Source: Polyangia bacterium (GTDB lineage: Bacteria; Myxococcota_A; Polyangia; JAAYKL01). Taken from it: 64,000 nucleotides of DNA. Below, one piece after another: positions 1 to 10,243 of this stretch (positions within the stretch are counted from its first letter, which is position 1; each line of letters begins with the position of its first letter). Where the stretch lies: NCBI GenBank assembly GCA_050287845.1, contig JBNKCR010000098.1, positions 64,001 through 128,000 of the forward strand, read 5' to 3'. The notes under the pieces are model-generated. The model was not told the DNA's origin. It did no database searches and saw nothing but the letters and a program-made list of their open reading frames with translations. Made by a program: the position numbers and the translations under genes.

Positions 1-40
1 AGACCGCACTTGAACCGGCCAAATAGTTCAGCTCCGAATC

Positions 41-679
41 ATGAAAGACCGAGACAGTTCCACTTATACTTTTAATGATAATCCATATCTGCATGTGCCG
101 TCCTTTGACGATGTGAAAGGACCGGTTGATCCCCGTGATTTGCTGGGTGAAGGCGCCCTCGAACTGGAAATCGGTTTCGGTCGGGGGCAGTTCATCCGGG
201 AGCGTGCCAGCAATGCGCCGGTAAGAATTCTGGGCATCGAGACCAAACGCAAGCTGGTTTATCTGTGCGATCAGAAAGCGAAGCAGCAAAATATTGACAA
301 TCTGCTGGTCATGCATGGGGATGCCCGGGAAGTAATTTCGCGAATGCAGCCCGACGGGGTGTTTGACAGCGTATTTATTCACTTTCCGGATCCATGGTGG
401 AAAGCCCGCCATCAGAAGAGAAAAGTTGTGACCGATGCAGTGACCAACGATGTGGTGCGGTTGCTGAAACCCGGTGGCCATTATTTTGTGCAAACCGACG
501 TGGATTTTCGTGCAGAAGAATATCAGAGCATCCTGATGGCGCACAGCCAGCTGGAGCCTGTGCATGGGGATGGCATGACAGATGAAAATATTTTCATGGC
601 CCACTCATCCCGTGAAAAGCGTAGCATGGAGTTGGGCATGCCCGTGTATAGAATCCTTTTCAGAAAAAAGAAGATCTGA
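41..679 (+). CDS. trmB: tRNA (guanine-N7)-methyltransferase
   Basis: LEIGFGRG SAM-binding motif, GIE, HFPDPWWKARHQKR, LKPGG and QTD are all TrmB signatures. Confidence 0.93.
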   Translation: MKDRDSSTYTFNDNPYLHVPSFDDVKGPVDPRDLLGEGALELEIGFGRGQFIRERASNAPVRILGIETKRKLVYLCDQKAKQQNIDNLLVMHGDAREVISRMQPDGVFDSVFIHFPDPWWKARHQKRKVVTDAVTNDVVRLLKPGGHYFVQTDVDFRAEEYQSILMAHSQLEPVHGDGMTDENIFMAHSSREKRSMELGMPVYRILFRKKKI

Positions 680-975
680 TTTTCCCGGCCTGTACTCTCA
701 TCGCGAAATCAGTGCGATCCAGGCACCGAGAGAACTAGCTGGCGCACCTCGATAAGCGTTTCCCATTTGCCAGGCAGGTATTCTTCGGTTACAGCCGCGA
801 ACTGGCAGTCAACTCCACCAACCATCTGCTTGTCCATCTTTCCTGTTGAATATAAACTGTTAAATCTGTAACGACCCGCGCGCATCTCAATTAACGGCGA
901 TGGATGAAAACAGGGTAGAAACAAACAATTGATTCGGTTTGTGGATTGAAATGAAATGAATTGGCGTGGGGACGG

Positions 976-2898
976 TCAGATGCGGGGCAGAACGAGATTC
1001 ACTACCTCTGCAACAGATTCTTCGATAGTCTGTAATTCTGTATTCACCATCAAATCCGGATTCTCCGGTACTTCATAGGCTGCGGAAACGCCAGTGAAGT
1101 TGGGGATTTCGCCTTTATCTGCCTTGGCGTACAGTCCATCATTATCTCGTCTGCGGCATTCATCTATGCTGGAGTGAATGTGGACTTCGGTGAAGGTTCC
1201 TTCCGGCATCAGGGCTCTTGCAAAATCTCGCATTTCTTTTCGCGGCGATATGGTGGAACAGATTACAACCTGACCCGCATCACTGGCCAGTCTGGCCATG
1301 TGTGCGATTCGTCGCACGCTTTCCCGTCTGTCTCTCTCACTGAATCCCAGATCCCCACACATCCCGTGACGTACGACGTCCCCGTCGAGATTGAACACCT
1401 GTTTTCCCTGGTTGAACAGCGATTCCGCCACACCTCGGGCGATGGTGGATTTGCCGGAACGCACCAGACCGGTCAGCCAGATGACATGGCCTTTGTGTTT
1501 ATTCTGTTCCTCGCGTTTTTCCCGGGGCACTGTCACCCTGGCCTCAACGATATTCAGGGATGAGCCTGTAAACATCAGGTCATCCCGGTTGGATTCCGTT
1601 CGTGACGATGCATAGCGAACCATTCCGGCTGCCACAGTGATGTTGGTGGCCGGATCGATCAGAATAAAGCTGCCAGTCTCTCGGTTGTTCTTATAGGGGT
1701 CAATGAACAGGGGCATCGCGGTTTCAATTACCACACGGCCCATTTCATTTAATTTCAGGGTGTCTGCATCTCTGTTCCGGTGCAGGGTATTCACGTCAAT
1801 CAGATAGCGCAGTTCGCGGATATAGCCCTGTACCGTTCGCGAAGTGTGCTGAATGATGTAGGGAGTGCCGAAATCGAGCGACCGAATGTCGTCCATCCAA
1901 CAGAGGGTGGCTTCAAATTTGTTTTCAACACGGGGCAGGTTGTTTCTTCGAACAATCATTTCGCCGCGGCTGATGTCGATTTCGTCCGCCAACGTCAGAA
2001 CCACTGATTCGCCGGCGCTGGCTTCCTTCCGGTTTCCTTCGAAGGTAACGATTTCCTTAATTCTGGAAGTCTTTCGCGAAGGGAGAGCCGTTATCTCTTC
2101 ACCGACAGCGATACTTCCGGAAGGAATTCGTCCGGAGAAACCGCGGAAATTCAGATGGGGACGAATCACATATTGTACAGGAAATCTGAAATCAATGAGG
2201 TTGCGGTCAGATGAAATCACCACATTTTCCAGATGGTGCATCACGGTAGGACCGGAGTACCATGGGGTTCGCTCCGAACGGTCGACCACATTGTCCCCAT
2301 CCAGTGCAGAGATGGGAATAAAAGTCATATCCGGCAAATCGAGTTTTGTGGCAAAGTCGGTGAAGTCTCTTACGATTTTGTCGAAAATGCCTTTATCAAA
2401 ATCCACCAGATCCATTTTATTGACACAGACCAGCACGTGGGGAATTCCCAGGAGCGACGCGATGAAACCATGGCGTTTGGATTGCGTCAGCACACCCAGT
2501 CGTGCATCAATCAGAATGATGGCGAGGTCGGCAGTGGACGCGCCGGTTACCATATTGCGGGTATACTGCTCATGGCCCGGTGTATCCGCAATAATGAATT
2601 TCCTTTTAGGGGTGGCAAAGTAGCGATACGCCACATCGATGGTGATGCCCTGTTCTCGCTCGGAACGCAGTCCATCAGTGAGCAGTGCCAGGTTCACCCC
2701 TTCCTCGCCTCGAAGTTTGCTGGATTCCTCCAATTGATCCATCTGATCCTGAAAAATGGCCTTGGAATCAAAAAGAAGGCGTCCTATCAGCGTGCTTTTA
2801 CCGTCATCGACGCTTCCTGCCGTTGTGAACCGGAGCAGTTCCTTGTTCAGATATTCGTCAACATTGTAATTGCTTGTATTTTCAATTTTGTCAGTCAT
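976..2898 (-). CDS. cysNC: Bifunctional sulfate adenylyltransferase subunit 1 / adenylylsulfate kinase
   Basis: GSVDDGKSTLIGRLL, REQGITIDVAYRYF and DTPGHEQYTRNM (CysN GTPase); C-terminal WLTGLVRSGKST, LDGDVVR and GEIPNFTGVSAAYEVP (CysC). Confidence 0.96.
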   Translation of the reverse strand: MTDKIENTSNYNVDEYLNKELLRFTTAGSVDDGKSTLIGRLLFDSKAIFQDQMDQLEESSKLRGEEGVNLALLTDGLRSEREQGITIDVAYRYFATPKRKFIIADTPGHEQYTRNMVTGASTADLAIILIDARLGVLTQSKRHGFIASLLGIPHVLVCVNKMDLVDFDKGIFDKIVRDFTDFATKLDLPDMTFIPISALDGDNVVDRSERTPWYSGPTVMHHLENVVISSDRNLIDFRFPVQYVIRPHLNFRGFSGRIPSGSIAVGEEITALPSRKTSRIKEIVTFEGNRKEASAGESVVLTLADEIDISRGEMIVRRNNLPRVENKFEATLCWMDDIRSLDFGTPYIIQHTSRTVQGYIRELRYLIDVNTLHRNRDADTLKLNEMGRVVIETAMPLFIDPYKNNRETGSFILIDPATNITVAAGMVRYASSRTESNRDDLMFTGSSLNIVEARVTVPREKREEQNKHKGHVIWLTGLVRSGKSTIARGVAESLFNQGKQVFNLDGDVVRHGMCGDLGFSERDRRESVRRIAHMARLASDAGQVVICSTISPRKEMRDFARALMPEGTFTEVHIHSSIDECRRRDNDGLYAKADKGEIPNFTGVSAAYEVPENPDLMVNTELQTIEESVAEVVNLVLPRI

Positions 2899-2918
2899 TG
2901 TAATGCCCAGATCTCTGT

Positions 2919-3809
2919 TTAGAAGTAACCCTGTTTCTTGCGATCTTCCATCGCTGCTTCGGTTCGTTTGTCGTCCGCACGGGTTCCGCGCTCTGTGGTT
3001 CTTGTTGCCGCAACTTCCCAGATAATGTCACGCACCGAATCCGCCCGGGATTCAACGGCGCCTGTACATGTCATGTCGCCAATTGTTCTGAATCGAACAA
3101 TTTTCTCTTCCACCTTTTCGTCCGGATGCCGTTCCATGATGTCTGACGCGTAGTAGATGACGCCGTCTCTTTCAAATATCTTCCGCTTATGGCTGAAGTA
3201 AAGAGAAGGCATGGGAATGTTTTCAAGCTCGATATATTGCCACACGTCCAGTTCTGTCCAGTTGCTGATTGGGAAAACCCGGAAGTGTTCTCCCTTTCTC
3301 TTCTGTCCATTGAAAATATTCCAGAGTTCCGGCCGCTGATTTTTGGGATCCCATTGTCCGAAACTGTTTCGAAACGAAAAGAAACGCTCTTTGGCACGGG
3401 CTTTCTCTTCGTCCCGGCGTGCACCGCCGAGTGCCGCATCAAATTTGAATTCAGCGACGGCGTCCAGCAGAGTCGTAGTCTGCAATGCATTGCGGCTTGC
3501 GCCAATGCCGGTTTCCTCCACTACCCGGCCTGCGTCAATGGATGCCTGCACCGTTCGCACGATCAGATTGGCATCGATTTCTTTCATGTACTGATCCCGG
3601 TACGCCAGCGTTTCGGGGAAGTTGTGCCCCGTATCGATGTGCATGAGCGGAAACGGGATTTTGCCGGGATAAAACGCTTTGCGGGCGAGGTGGGCCATGC
3701 AAATCGAGTCCTTGCCGCCGGAGAACAGGAGAACCGGTCTCTCTGCCTGAGCAGCGACTTCCCGAATGACGTATATTGCTTCAGATTCCAGTTGTTTCAA
3801 ATGATTCAT
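2919..3809 (-). CDS. cysD: Sulfate adenylyltransferase subunit 2
   Basis: LFSGGKDS, GGARRDEEKARAKER, WDPKNQRPELW and C-terminal MEDRKKQGYF; start set at ATG 3809 after an AAGGA RBS. Confidence 0.97.
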   Translation of the reverse strand: MNHLKQLESEAIYVIREVAAQAERPVLLFSGGKDSICMAHLARKAFYPGKIPFPLMHIDTGHNFPETLAYRDQYMKEIDANLIVRTVQASIDAGRVVEETGIGASRNALQTTTLLDAVAEFKFDAALGGARRDEEKARAKERFFSFRNSFGQWDPKNQRPELWNIFNGQKRKGEHFRVFPISNWTELDVWQYIELENIPMPSLYFSHKRKIFERDGVIYYASDIMERHPDEKVEEKIVRFRTIGDMTCTGAVESRADSVRDIIWEVAATRTTERGTRADDKRTEAAMEDRKKQGYF

Positions 3810-4098
3810 TCGATGTTCCTTTGGGAGATATCTGTTTCTTTCCAACGCTTGGCATTGTGTACATGTATGGAAAGAGGAGGTGTTTTTTTTTGCTTGACTA
3901 ACATTATTGGTTATGACTGTACAGATCTTGAATTTTTTTTTTCTTGCGTTACTTTTGCGCCCTGAAAGGCATGTGCCTTTGCGTTCGTACTGTCAAGGGC
4001 ATATCAGGTGTGGCATAGGCAAATTAAATAACATCGAGATGAATTCATTTGCTTGACCTGCAAATTATTTTTGAGTAATTAGTGTTGCATTCAGATAT

Positions 4099-4170
4099 GC
4101 GGGATTAACTCAGTGGTAGAGTGTTAGCTTCCCAAGCTGAAAGTCGCGAGTTCGAATCTCGTATCCCGCT
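4099..4170 (+). tRNA. tRNA-Gly(CCC)
   Basis: GCGGGAT/ATCCCGC acceptor stem, anticodon arm TTAGC-TTCCCAA-GCTGA, T-loop GTTCGAATC; CCA not encoded. Confidence 0.96.
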
Positions 4171-4171
4171 C

Positions 4172-4202
4172 AAAAAAAGGTCGCCTTCGGGTGGCCTTTT
4201 TT
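4172..4202 (+). terminator. Rho-independent terminator after tRNA-Gly
   Basis: A-run, GGTCGCC-TTCG-GGTGGCC hairpin, T-run. Confidence 0.85.
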
Positions 4203-4345
4203 ATTGGACGCAATGGCAGAACTGACGACGCTACTACGAGACCGCTCTGAAGGGGATAGGATGAGGTTGTTGCCGTATGCGAGTTGGGGTATAGATGGGG
4301 AGTGTCTGGATGCTGAAATTGGAGTGTGTTCATGCAGGAGAGGAT

Positions 4346-4816
4346 GTGACGTTACTTGTATTCGATTTGGACTTTACTTTGTGGGATGCGGGGGGGACGT
4401 GGTGTGATCATACCCGGCCGCCTTACCGCATTCGGAATGGAAATATTTACGATGCCGACAACAGTCACATTCGGCTGTATCCGGATGTGAAGCCACTGTT
4501 GGAAGATCTTCGGCAACAGGAGATTCCGATGGCGATTGCCTCAAAAACCGGGGCGCCGGATTGGGCGCGGGAGCTGTTGGGGTTGTTTGATATTCGGCAT
4601 TATTTTGAGCATGAAGAAATCTATCCCGCCAATAAAACCCGCCATTTTCGCAGGATCGCCGCTGAGTCGGGGGTTGCCTTCGGCGATATGATATTTTTTG
4701 ACGATGAGTATCCCAATATCCGGGACATATCGGCATTGGGCGTCCACGCAGTCCACGTGCAAAACGGCGTCACCCGCTCCATGGTCATGGATGTAATCCG
4801 AAATTCAACATCCTGA
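4346..4816 (+). CDS. Magnesium-dependent phosphatase-1 (MDP-1)-like HAD IIIC phosphatase
   Basis: VFDLDFTLW, LYPDV, IASKT, EIYPANKTRHF and MIFFDDE; GTG start at 4346 after AGGAGAGG. Confidence 0.85.
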   Translation: MTLLVFDLDFTLWDAGGTWCDHTRPPYRIRNGNIYDADNSHIRLYPDVKPLLEDLRQQEIPMAIASKTGAPDWARELLGLFDIRHYFEHEEIYPANKTRHFRRIAAESGVAFGDMIFFDDEYPNIRDISALGVHAVHVQNGVTRSMVMDVIRNSTS

Positions 4817-4827
4817 CAACTTGTATC

Positions 4828-7782
4828 CTACCAGACGACCAGCATCAGTGGCTCGGTGAGGGGGTCACCATTCAGGGAGAGCGTGATGGTTCTGGATTCA
4901 GGGGTGCATTCAGTGAGGGATACGGTTTGCAATACGTTGGCTGAAATGTTTTGTACTAGCGCAATCTGTTGATCATTGCAGCGAATCTGTACTGTTGCCA
5001 CATCCGCGGATGTCTGAAAATACAGCGTGGTGGCATTGGACATCGGCAGCGTCATTCTGGGGCCTTTAATCATCGAAATATGTCGCCTGGTTTCGGGGTG
5101 AATCAGAACACTTCTTCGAGATGTGAGTGCATTGATTTCCCTGAGCAGAGTCAGACCGTTGGGAAGCGGCTTTTTGTTCGCCATTTCAAAGGCGATTTCC
5201 CGTAAAACCTTATGACCGGCAATCTTTACCAGGGCTTCGGCCAGCTCGGCGCGTCTGTTTGCAAACGGTTCGGTTTTCAGATGACCCAGGATAGGGGCTG
5301 CTGCTGCCTTCGATGACAGTTGAGCCAGCGCCCTGGCGGCATTCTGACGCAACAGATAGTTATTCAGCAGTTCGATGAGGCTGTTTTCTGCCTGTTTTGC
5401 ATCCGCATCTCCCAGACGACTGATGGCTTCGCGCCGGATGGCGGGGGTGACGGCCCTGGCATTGGCAATGTCGATGACCGCAGAAATGGCGCCTTTATCC
5501 CCGCGGGCAAGTCGTGTGAGCTGTACGCGAATCCATGGGGCCTCCAGGGGAGACAGCTGGGACGAAAGAGACTGCAGGTGGGGAAGGGCTTTGTCGGGCG
5601 AGCTGGCCGCCATAGCCGACCACAGCCATCCAAGGCAAACGGGGTCTGAAATGCTATCGAATGGTATTTCGGGCAAATCAGTTCGCCAGTTATCGTGAAT
5701 CAGCTCCGCTGCCTTCTGTCTCACCACCGCCGGGGTATCATCAGTGAGGTACGGGATTAGCGCTGCAGTCACCGCATCATCTCCGCCCATGGCTTTTTGC
5801 AGCACGTCGGGCCAGCCGGTGGCGCCCTCAGCGGTGGCAACGGGTCTCAGCTCGGTTTTGGCGTGCATGGTTTCCCAGGCGGCTATTTTCTGTTTCAGCC
5901 GGGAGACCAGTTGAGGGTTCTGGTCGGCGATTGAAATGGTTTCATTGGGATCTTTTTTCAAATCGTAGAGACGCGCCAGCCCCGATGCCTGGTCCCAGAT
6001 GAGTTTATGGGAATCGTAGACCACCATGCGCCTTTCATGGAGCTGGGAGAACGCCGCTTTTTTTTCCGTATCGGTGCCCAGTATGAGACCGGTGAGGTTC
6101 TGGGAACGGACGCGGGCGGGGACAGGAATGTCCACAATATTGAGTACTGTCCCCATGAGGTCCACCAGATTGACCGGTTCGTCAACGATCCGGTGAGACA
6201 CTCCCGGCACCCGGATAAGCAACGGCACACGCGCCTGCTCGTCATATAACGTGGTGCCGTGATATCTGCCCCCATGGTCATTGAATTCCTCACCATGATC
6301 AGCTGATACAATCACAATGGTATTGGGAAAATATTTTTCAACATATTTAACGAGGCGCTCAATCTGCTGATCCGCAGTGTGGATTTCGCAGTCATATCGT
6401 TGCTCGTCACTGTTGCCAAAACGCGTGCAGTTTTCTTTGTAAGGCTCGTGGGGTTCAAACAGATGTACCCAAGTAAATACCGGCGCGTTCAGATCCTTTA
6501 CTTTTTCAAGAAACTCGATCGCCTGGTCCACTTTCTGATCGGCGGTATAGCGGTATTCCATTTTCAGGTAACCGAATCCGTATCCCTTTTTTTCAAGCGG
6601 TGCAAACTTTGTTCTGTCGACGAAAAAGACAGAGCGGGTAAAGAAACCACCGGTGCGATACCGGAACCTTCGCATGATTTCCGGCCAGGTTTCCTGATCT
6701 GCGGTGACCTGGGGAAGCTCGAACAGTGGTTTGATATATTTTCCCGTCAGTAGCGATGCAACCGCATACGAAGTGTGAGGCAATGCCGTGTATGCGCGGT
6801 TGAACACAACACTCCGGGTTGCCAGCCCATTCAGGGTGGGGGCGACCTTGTCGGCAGTGCCCGGACGCAATCGATCATAGCGCATGGCATCCACTGTAAT
6901 CAGTACCACGGATGCCCCCGGAAGCTTCAGCTGAGATGGTTCATTAACGGGGGGTGACGACGGATTGTCCCCGGACAAAGTGTCATCCAGCAACTTCTCT
7001 TCAGGGGGAGGCACGAGAGATTTGGCGAGAAGTACAATGTCACTGCCAGTGGCGGTTTTTTCGCCGAGAACAAAGCGGATATTCTGAGTCTGCCGGACCA
7101 TGATCAGCGAAACGACACCTGCGCTGAGAACTGCCGCGGCAATCAATGTGGTCCCGGCAATCCATCTGGGAGGTGGCCTGCCGGATGAATCGCGACTGAA
7201 GCGGTTTTGTGATGAGATGACCTGCAGCGCCGAAAACGCCATGAGCATCCAGGCAAACAGGGAAGCCGCCATGTGGAACGGCAGGTACAGCCGAATAAAA
7301 AGCAGGATGTCGGCGAGGGCAACTGCGACGCCGGCCACAACACTGGCCAGCACAAATACTATGCGCCATTTGGGAGTTCTCACCGCGGCCACGCCAGTGA
7401 TGGCATAGCCGGATGCCACGCCCGCGAGCGTACCGAACAGGGCGACCAGAACCGAACGCGCCGGGATAGCGGATGCCTGCGGCCCCCGGGTGAGCAGCCA
7501 GAACAGGGTGATATACAGGGGGGACGCCATCAGGGCGACAATCCATGGGCGCCAGGGCTTTCTGATACGGCAGACCGCCATGTCCAGAATGGCAGCGAGC
7601 AGACCCATCAGCGTTCCGGCTGCGGCGCAGATGGCCAGGCTGTACCCCATGGCCAGAAGCATTTCGGTTGAACTGAAAAACATCTCCCGGCCTGATATAA
7701 ATAAGGTGGCGATGTCAAATATCCCAAGAATGCTGCCGCTGATACTTCCAGCGGACAGCCACATTCCAATTTTTTTTATCAT
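4828..7782 (-). CDS. Membrane-anchored sulfatase-like (alkaline phosphatase superfamily) protein with C-terminal HEAT-like repeats
   Basis: About 6-7 N-terminal hydrophobic helices; ITVDAMRYD, HLFEPHEPY, SADHGEEF, HGTTLYDEQARVPL, LYDLKKDPNE; C-terminal IRREAISRLG and LRQNAARALAQL helical repeats. Confidence 0.8.
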   Translation of the reverse strand: MIKKIGMWLSAGSISGSILGIFDIATLFISGREMFFSSTEMLLAMGYSLAICAAAGTLMGLLAAILDMAVCRIRKPWRPWIVALMASPLYITLFWLLTRGPQASAIPARSVLVALFGTLAGVASGYAITGVAAVRTPKWRIVFVLASVVAGVAVALADILLFIRLYLPFHMAASLFAWMLMAFSALQVISSQNRFSRDSSGRPPPRWIAGTTLIAAAVLSAGVVSLIMVRQTQNIRFVLGEKTATGSDIVLLAKSLVPPPEEKLLDDTLSGDNPSSPPVNEPSQLKLPGASVVLITVDAMRYDRLRPGTADKVAPTLNGLATRSVVFNRAYTALPHTSYAVASLLTGKYIKPLFELPQVTADQETWPEIMRRFRYRTGGFFTRSVFFVDRTKFAPLEKKGYGFGYLKMEYRYTADQKVDQAIEFLEKVKDLNAPVFTWVHLFEPHEPYKENCTRFGNSDEQRYDCEIHTADQQIERLVKYVEKYFPNTIVIVSADHGEEFNDHGGRYHGTTLYDEQARVPLLIRVPGVSHRIVDEPVNLVDLMGTVLNIVDIPVPARVRSQNLTGLILGTDTEKKAAFSQLHERRMVVYDSHKLIWDQASGLARLYDLKKDPNETISIADQNPQLVSRLKQKIAAWETMHAKTELRPVATAEGATGWPDVLQKAMGGDDAVTAALIPYLTDDTPAVVRQKAAELIHDNWRTDLPEIPFDSISDPVCLGWLWSAMAASSPDKALPHLQSLSSQLSPLEAPWIRVQLTRLARGDKGAISAVIDIANARAVTPAIRREAISRLGDADAKQAENSLIELLNNYLLRQNAARALAQLSSKAAAAPILGHLKTEPFANRRAELAEALVKIAGHKVLREIAFEMANKKPLPNGLTLLREINALTSRRSVLIHPETRRHISMIKGPRMTLPMSNATTLYFQTSADVATVQIRCNDQQIALVQNISANVLQTVSLTECTPESRTITLSLNGDPLTEPLMLVVW

Positions 7783-10217
7783 CCGGACTCTTCTCCGATT
7801 GGTCCATCGCCTGCAAGGATGCGCCGCTTCAATTCGGCGCCGAGAGCAGCAAATCGGTCACAGGATAATTGCGGTGACACGGCCAATATATCTGTGGCAT
7901 CCTGTCTGGCCGCCAGCAGCAAATCCATATCTCTTTTAAGATCGCCAAAACGGAATCCGGGAAGACCGGCCTGTTTGCGGCCGTACAGCTCTCCGGGACC
8001 CCGAATCTGAAGATCCTGTTCTGCGATATGAAATCCATCGTTTGACGTCGTCAATGTTTCAATACGTTGTTGGCTTTCGACAGTTTCAGGCGCGCCAACC
8101 AGAATACACGCGCTTTTTTTATGGCCTCTGCCCACCCGGCCGCGCAGCTGATGCAACTGTGCCAATCCGAATCGTTCGCATCCTTCAATGACCATGAGCG
8201 TGGCGTTGGGGACATTCACACCGACTTCAATGACGGTGGTACAAACCAGTACCCCCAGTCGATTTTCGATGAACCGGGACATGGTTGTGTCCCGTTCATC
8301 CGGCCCAAGACGGCCGTGGAGCAGTCCCACCGTATGTTCGCCGAATCTATCCGCGTAGTATTGATACATGTTTTCGGCATCGCTCACGTCGAGAACGTCA
8401 CTTTGCTCGATGATCGGGCATACCACGTAAACCTGATCGCCACGGGCGAGCGCATCGCGGACGTGTTGATTCACGGTGTCCCGCTCTTCATTGCTGCAAA
8501 AGAGTGTTTCAATGGGGGTTCGCCCGGCGGGTAGCTCGTCCAGTATAGAGATGTCCAAATCGCCATGGACAGTTAACGCCAGGGACCTTGGAATGGGGGT
8601 GGCAGTCATGACCAGCAGGTGAGGGGCCTTTCCCTCCGGAGCCTTTCCCTGCAAGCCCAGTCGTTGGGATACACCGAACCGATGCTGTTCATCGACGATC
8701 GCAAGCCCCAGATTCCCATAGCAAACGCCCTCGCTGATTAATGCATGGGTGCCAATAGCCACCTGCACAAAGCCATTGGCAATTTGCTCAATAAATTTCT
8801 TTCTGGCGCTGCTGCGCGCATTGCCCATGTGAAGCGCTGCCCGGATTCCCAGCTTTTTGAGAGCCGGATATAGCGTGCGCATATGCTGCTCTGCCAGAAT
8901 TTCGGTGGGGGCCATCAATGCAGCCTGATATCCGGCTTCCACGCAGGCGATAATTGCCGCCAGGGCCACCATGGTTTTCCCGGAACCCACATCGCCCTGC
9001 AGCAATCGCCGCATGGGGGACCCCAGAGCGAGATCTGCACGGATTTCTTCGATTACGCGCTGTTGCGCCAATGTGGCTGCAAACCCAAGGACATCGGCAG
9101 TGCGCCTTACCAGGGTCGCATTGGATGCGAGAATGGGAGCGCCACCACTGCATTCACTGGATTTACGCAGCCCCAACGCCAGTTGAACATATAGAAATTC
9201 GTCGTACGCCAACCGTCGGTGGGCGGGGGAATCACCATTCACCCACGCATCCAGTCTGGCAATGTCGACATCTTCGGGAGGCATATGAACCAGACGGAGT
9301 GCGTCGGAGAGTGCAATCAGTTCATGTTGAGTGACCAGGGATTCGGGTACGGGATCATGTACATATGTATGGATGTTTTCCAATGCGCTTCGAATGGCTT
9401 TTTCAAGGGTGGCGCCAGGAATTCCGGGAATTTCAGGATAAACGGGAACTATTCTGCCCATCGCGTTGCTCTTTTCACCCTCGCACGCCACGGAAGGATG
9501 GGCCATCTGCAATGAATTGCGATAGTTCCCCACCAATCCGGCCATCCTCATCCTCTGACCTTTGATGAATCGCGATGTATTGGGCCGTTTACTCGAAAAC
9601 CACATCCCGAAAATCCGATGCCCGTCATCGCTAATTTCCACCTGCATCATTCTTTTCCAGGGTTTTCCGAAGACAGATACTCTCTCAATCACACCTTCTG
9701 TCATCGCACGCATGCCGGGTTGCAGTTCGGAAATCGGTTGCACATACCGACGGTCTTCGTAGCGACGCGGGAGCATGAACAGAATATCGAGGGGGGTGTT
9801 CACACCGAATGCCTCGAGCCGGATGGCGGTCCTGGGGCCAATGCCTTTCAGCGCCACCAGTTCCTGATTGGCGCGAGACGGCGGTGGCATGGAATGGGCC
9901 TCGCCAGTTGGGCGATCGTCGGAACGACGGGTGGGGGCTACCTGCAGTTCGCCGGCATCGCTGAGTTGAATGGAGAGTCCTGTGAGATATCGTTGGGCTC
10001 TGGCCAGAATCACTTTGCGATTGGTCCCCGCAAACGATGTGCTATTGCCGATGGCCTCGATACATGCATCCAGTTTTTTCTGATCGGTGCCGACAATGCT
10101 TTTCAATACCACGAGCAACGGCCGGGTAGATTCAAGATTTGCAGGATCTTCGCCTCCCATCAGCGCGCCGGCGATAGATGCCTTCAGAGTAGAAATGCTG
10201 TAAGAAATACTATTCAT
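7779..10217 (-). CDS. recG: ATP-dependent DNA helicase RecG
   Basis: PRRYEDR, RLLQGDVGSGKT, DEQHRFGVSQR, MTATPIPRSL, QLHQLRGRVGRG, DLQIRGPGE. Confidence 0.97.
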   Translation of the reverse strand: MNSISYSISTLKASIAGALMGGEDPANLESTRPLLVVLKSIVGTDQKKLDACIEAIGNSTSFAGTNRKVILARAQRYLTGLSIQLSDAGELQVAPTRRSDDRPTGEAHSMPPPSRANQELVALKGIGPRTAIRLEAFGVNTPLDILFMLPRRYEDRRYVQPISELQPGMRAMTEGVIERVSVFGKPWKRMMQVEISDDGHRIFGMWFSSKRPNTSRFIKGQRMRMAGLVGNYRNSLQMAHPSVACEGEKSNAMGRIVPVYPEIPGIPGATLEKAIRSALENIHTYVHDPVPESLVTQHELIALSDALRLVHMPPEDVDIARLDAWVNGDSPAHRRLAYDEFLYVQLALGLRKSSECSGGAPILASNATLVRRTADVLGFAATLAQQRVIEEIRADLALGSPMRRLLQGDVGSGKTMVALAAIIACVEAGYQAALMAPTEILAEQHMRTLYPALKKLGIRAALHMGNARSSARKKFIEQIANGFVQVAIGTHALISEGVCYGNLGLAIVDEQHRFGVSQRLGLQGKAPEGKAPHLLVMTATPIPRSLALTVHGDLDISILDELPAGRTPIETLFCSNEERDTVNQHVRDALARGDQVYVVCPIIEQSDVLDVSDAENMYQYYADRFGEHTVGLLHGRLGPDERDTTMSRFIENRLGVLVCTTVIEVGVNVPNATLMVIEGCERFGLAQLHQLRGRVGRGHKKSACILVGAPETVESQQRIETLTTSNDGFHIAEQDLQIRGPGELYGRKQAGLPGFRFGDLKRDMDLLLAARQDATDILAVSPQLSCDRFAALGAELKRRILAGDGPIGEESG

Positions 10218-10243
10218 TAAAGAAAAAAGCAGAACTCCGAATA

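Noticed and set aside
709..924. 71-aa minus-strand ORF between trmB and cysNC
   Set aside because: No clear RBS or recognisable motif; not supportable as a gene.
4099..4345. tRNA-Gly or tRNA-Gln/Glu as island integration sites
   Set aside because: No integrase, transposase or duplicated tRNA 3' end was seen in the window.
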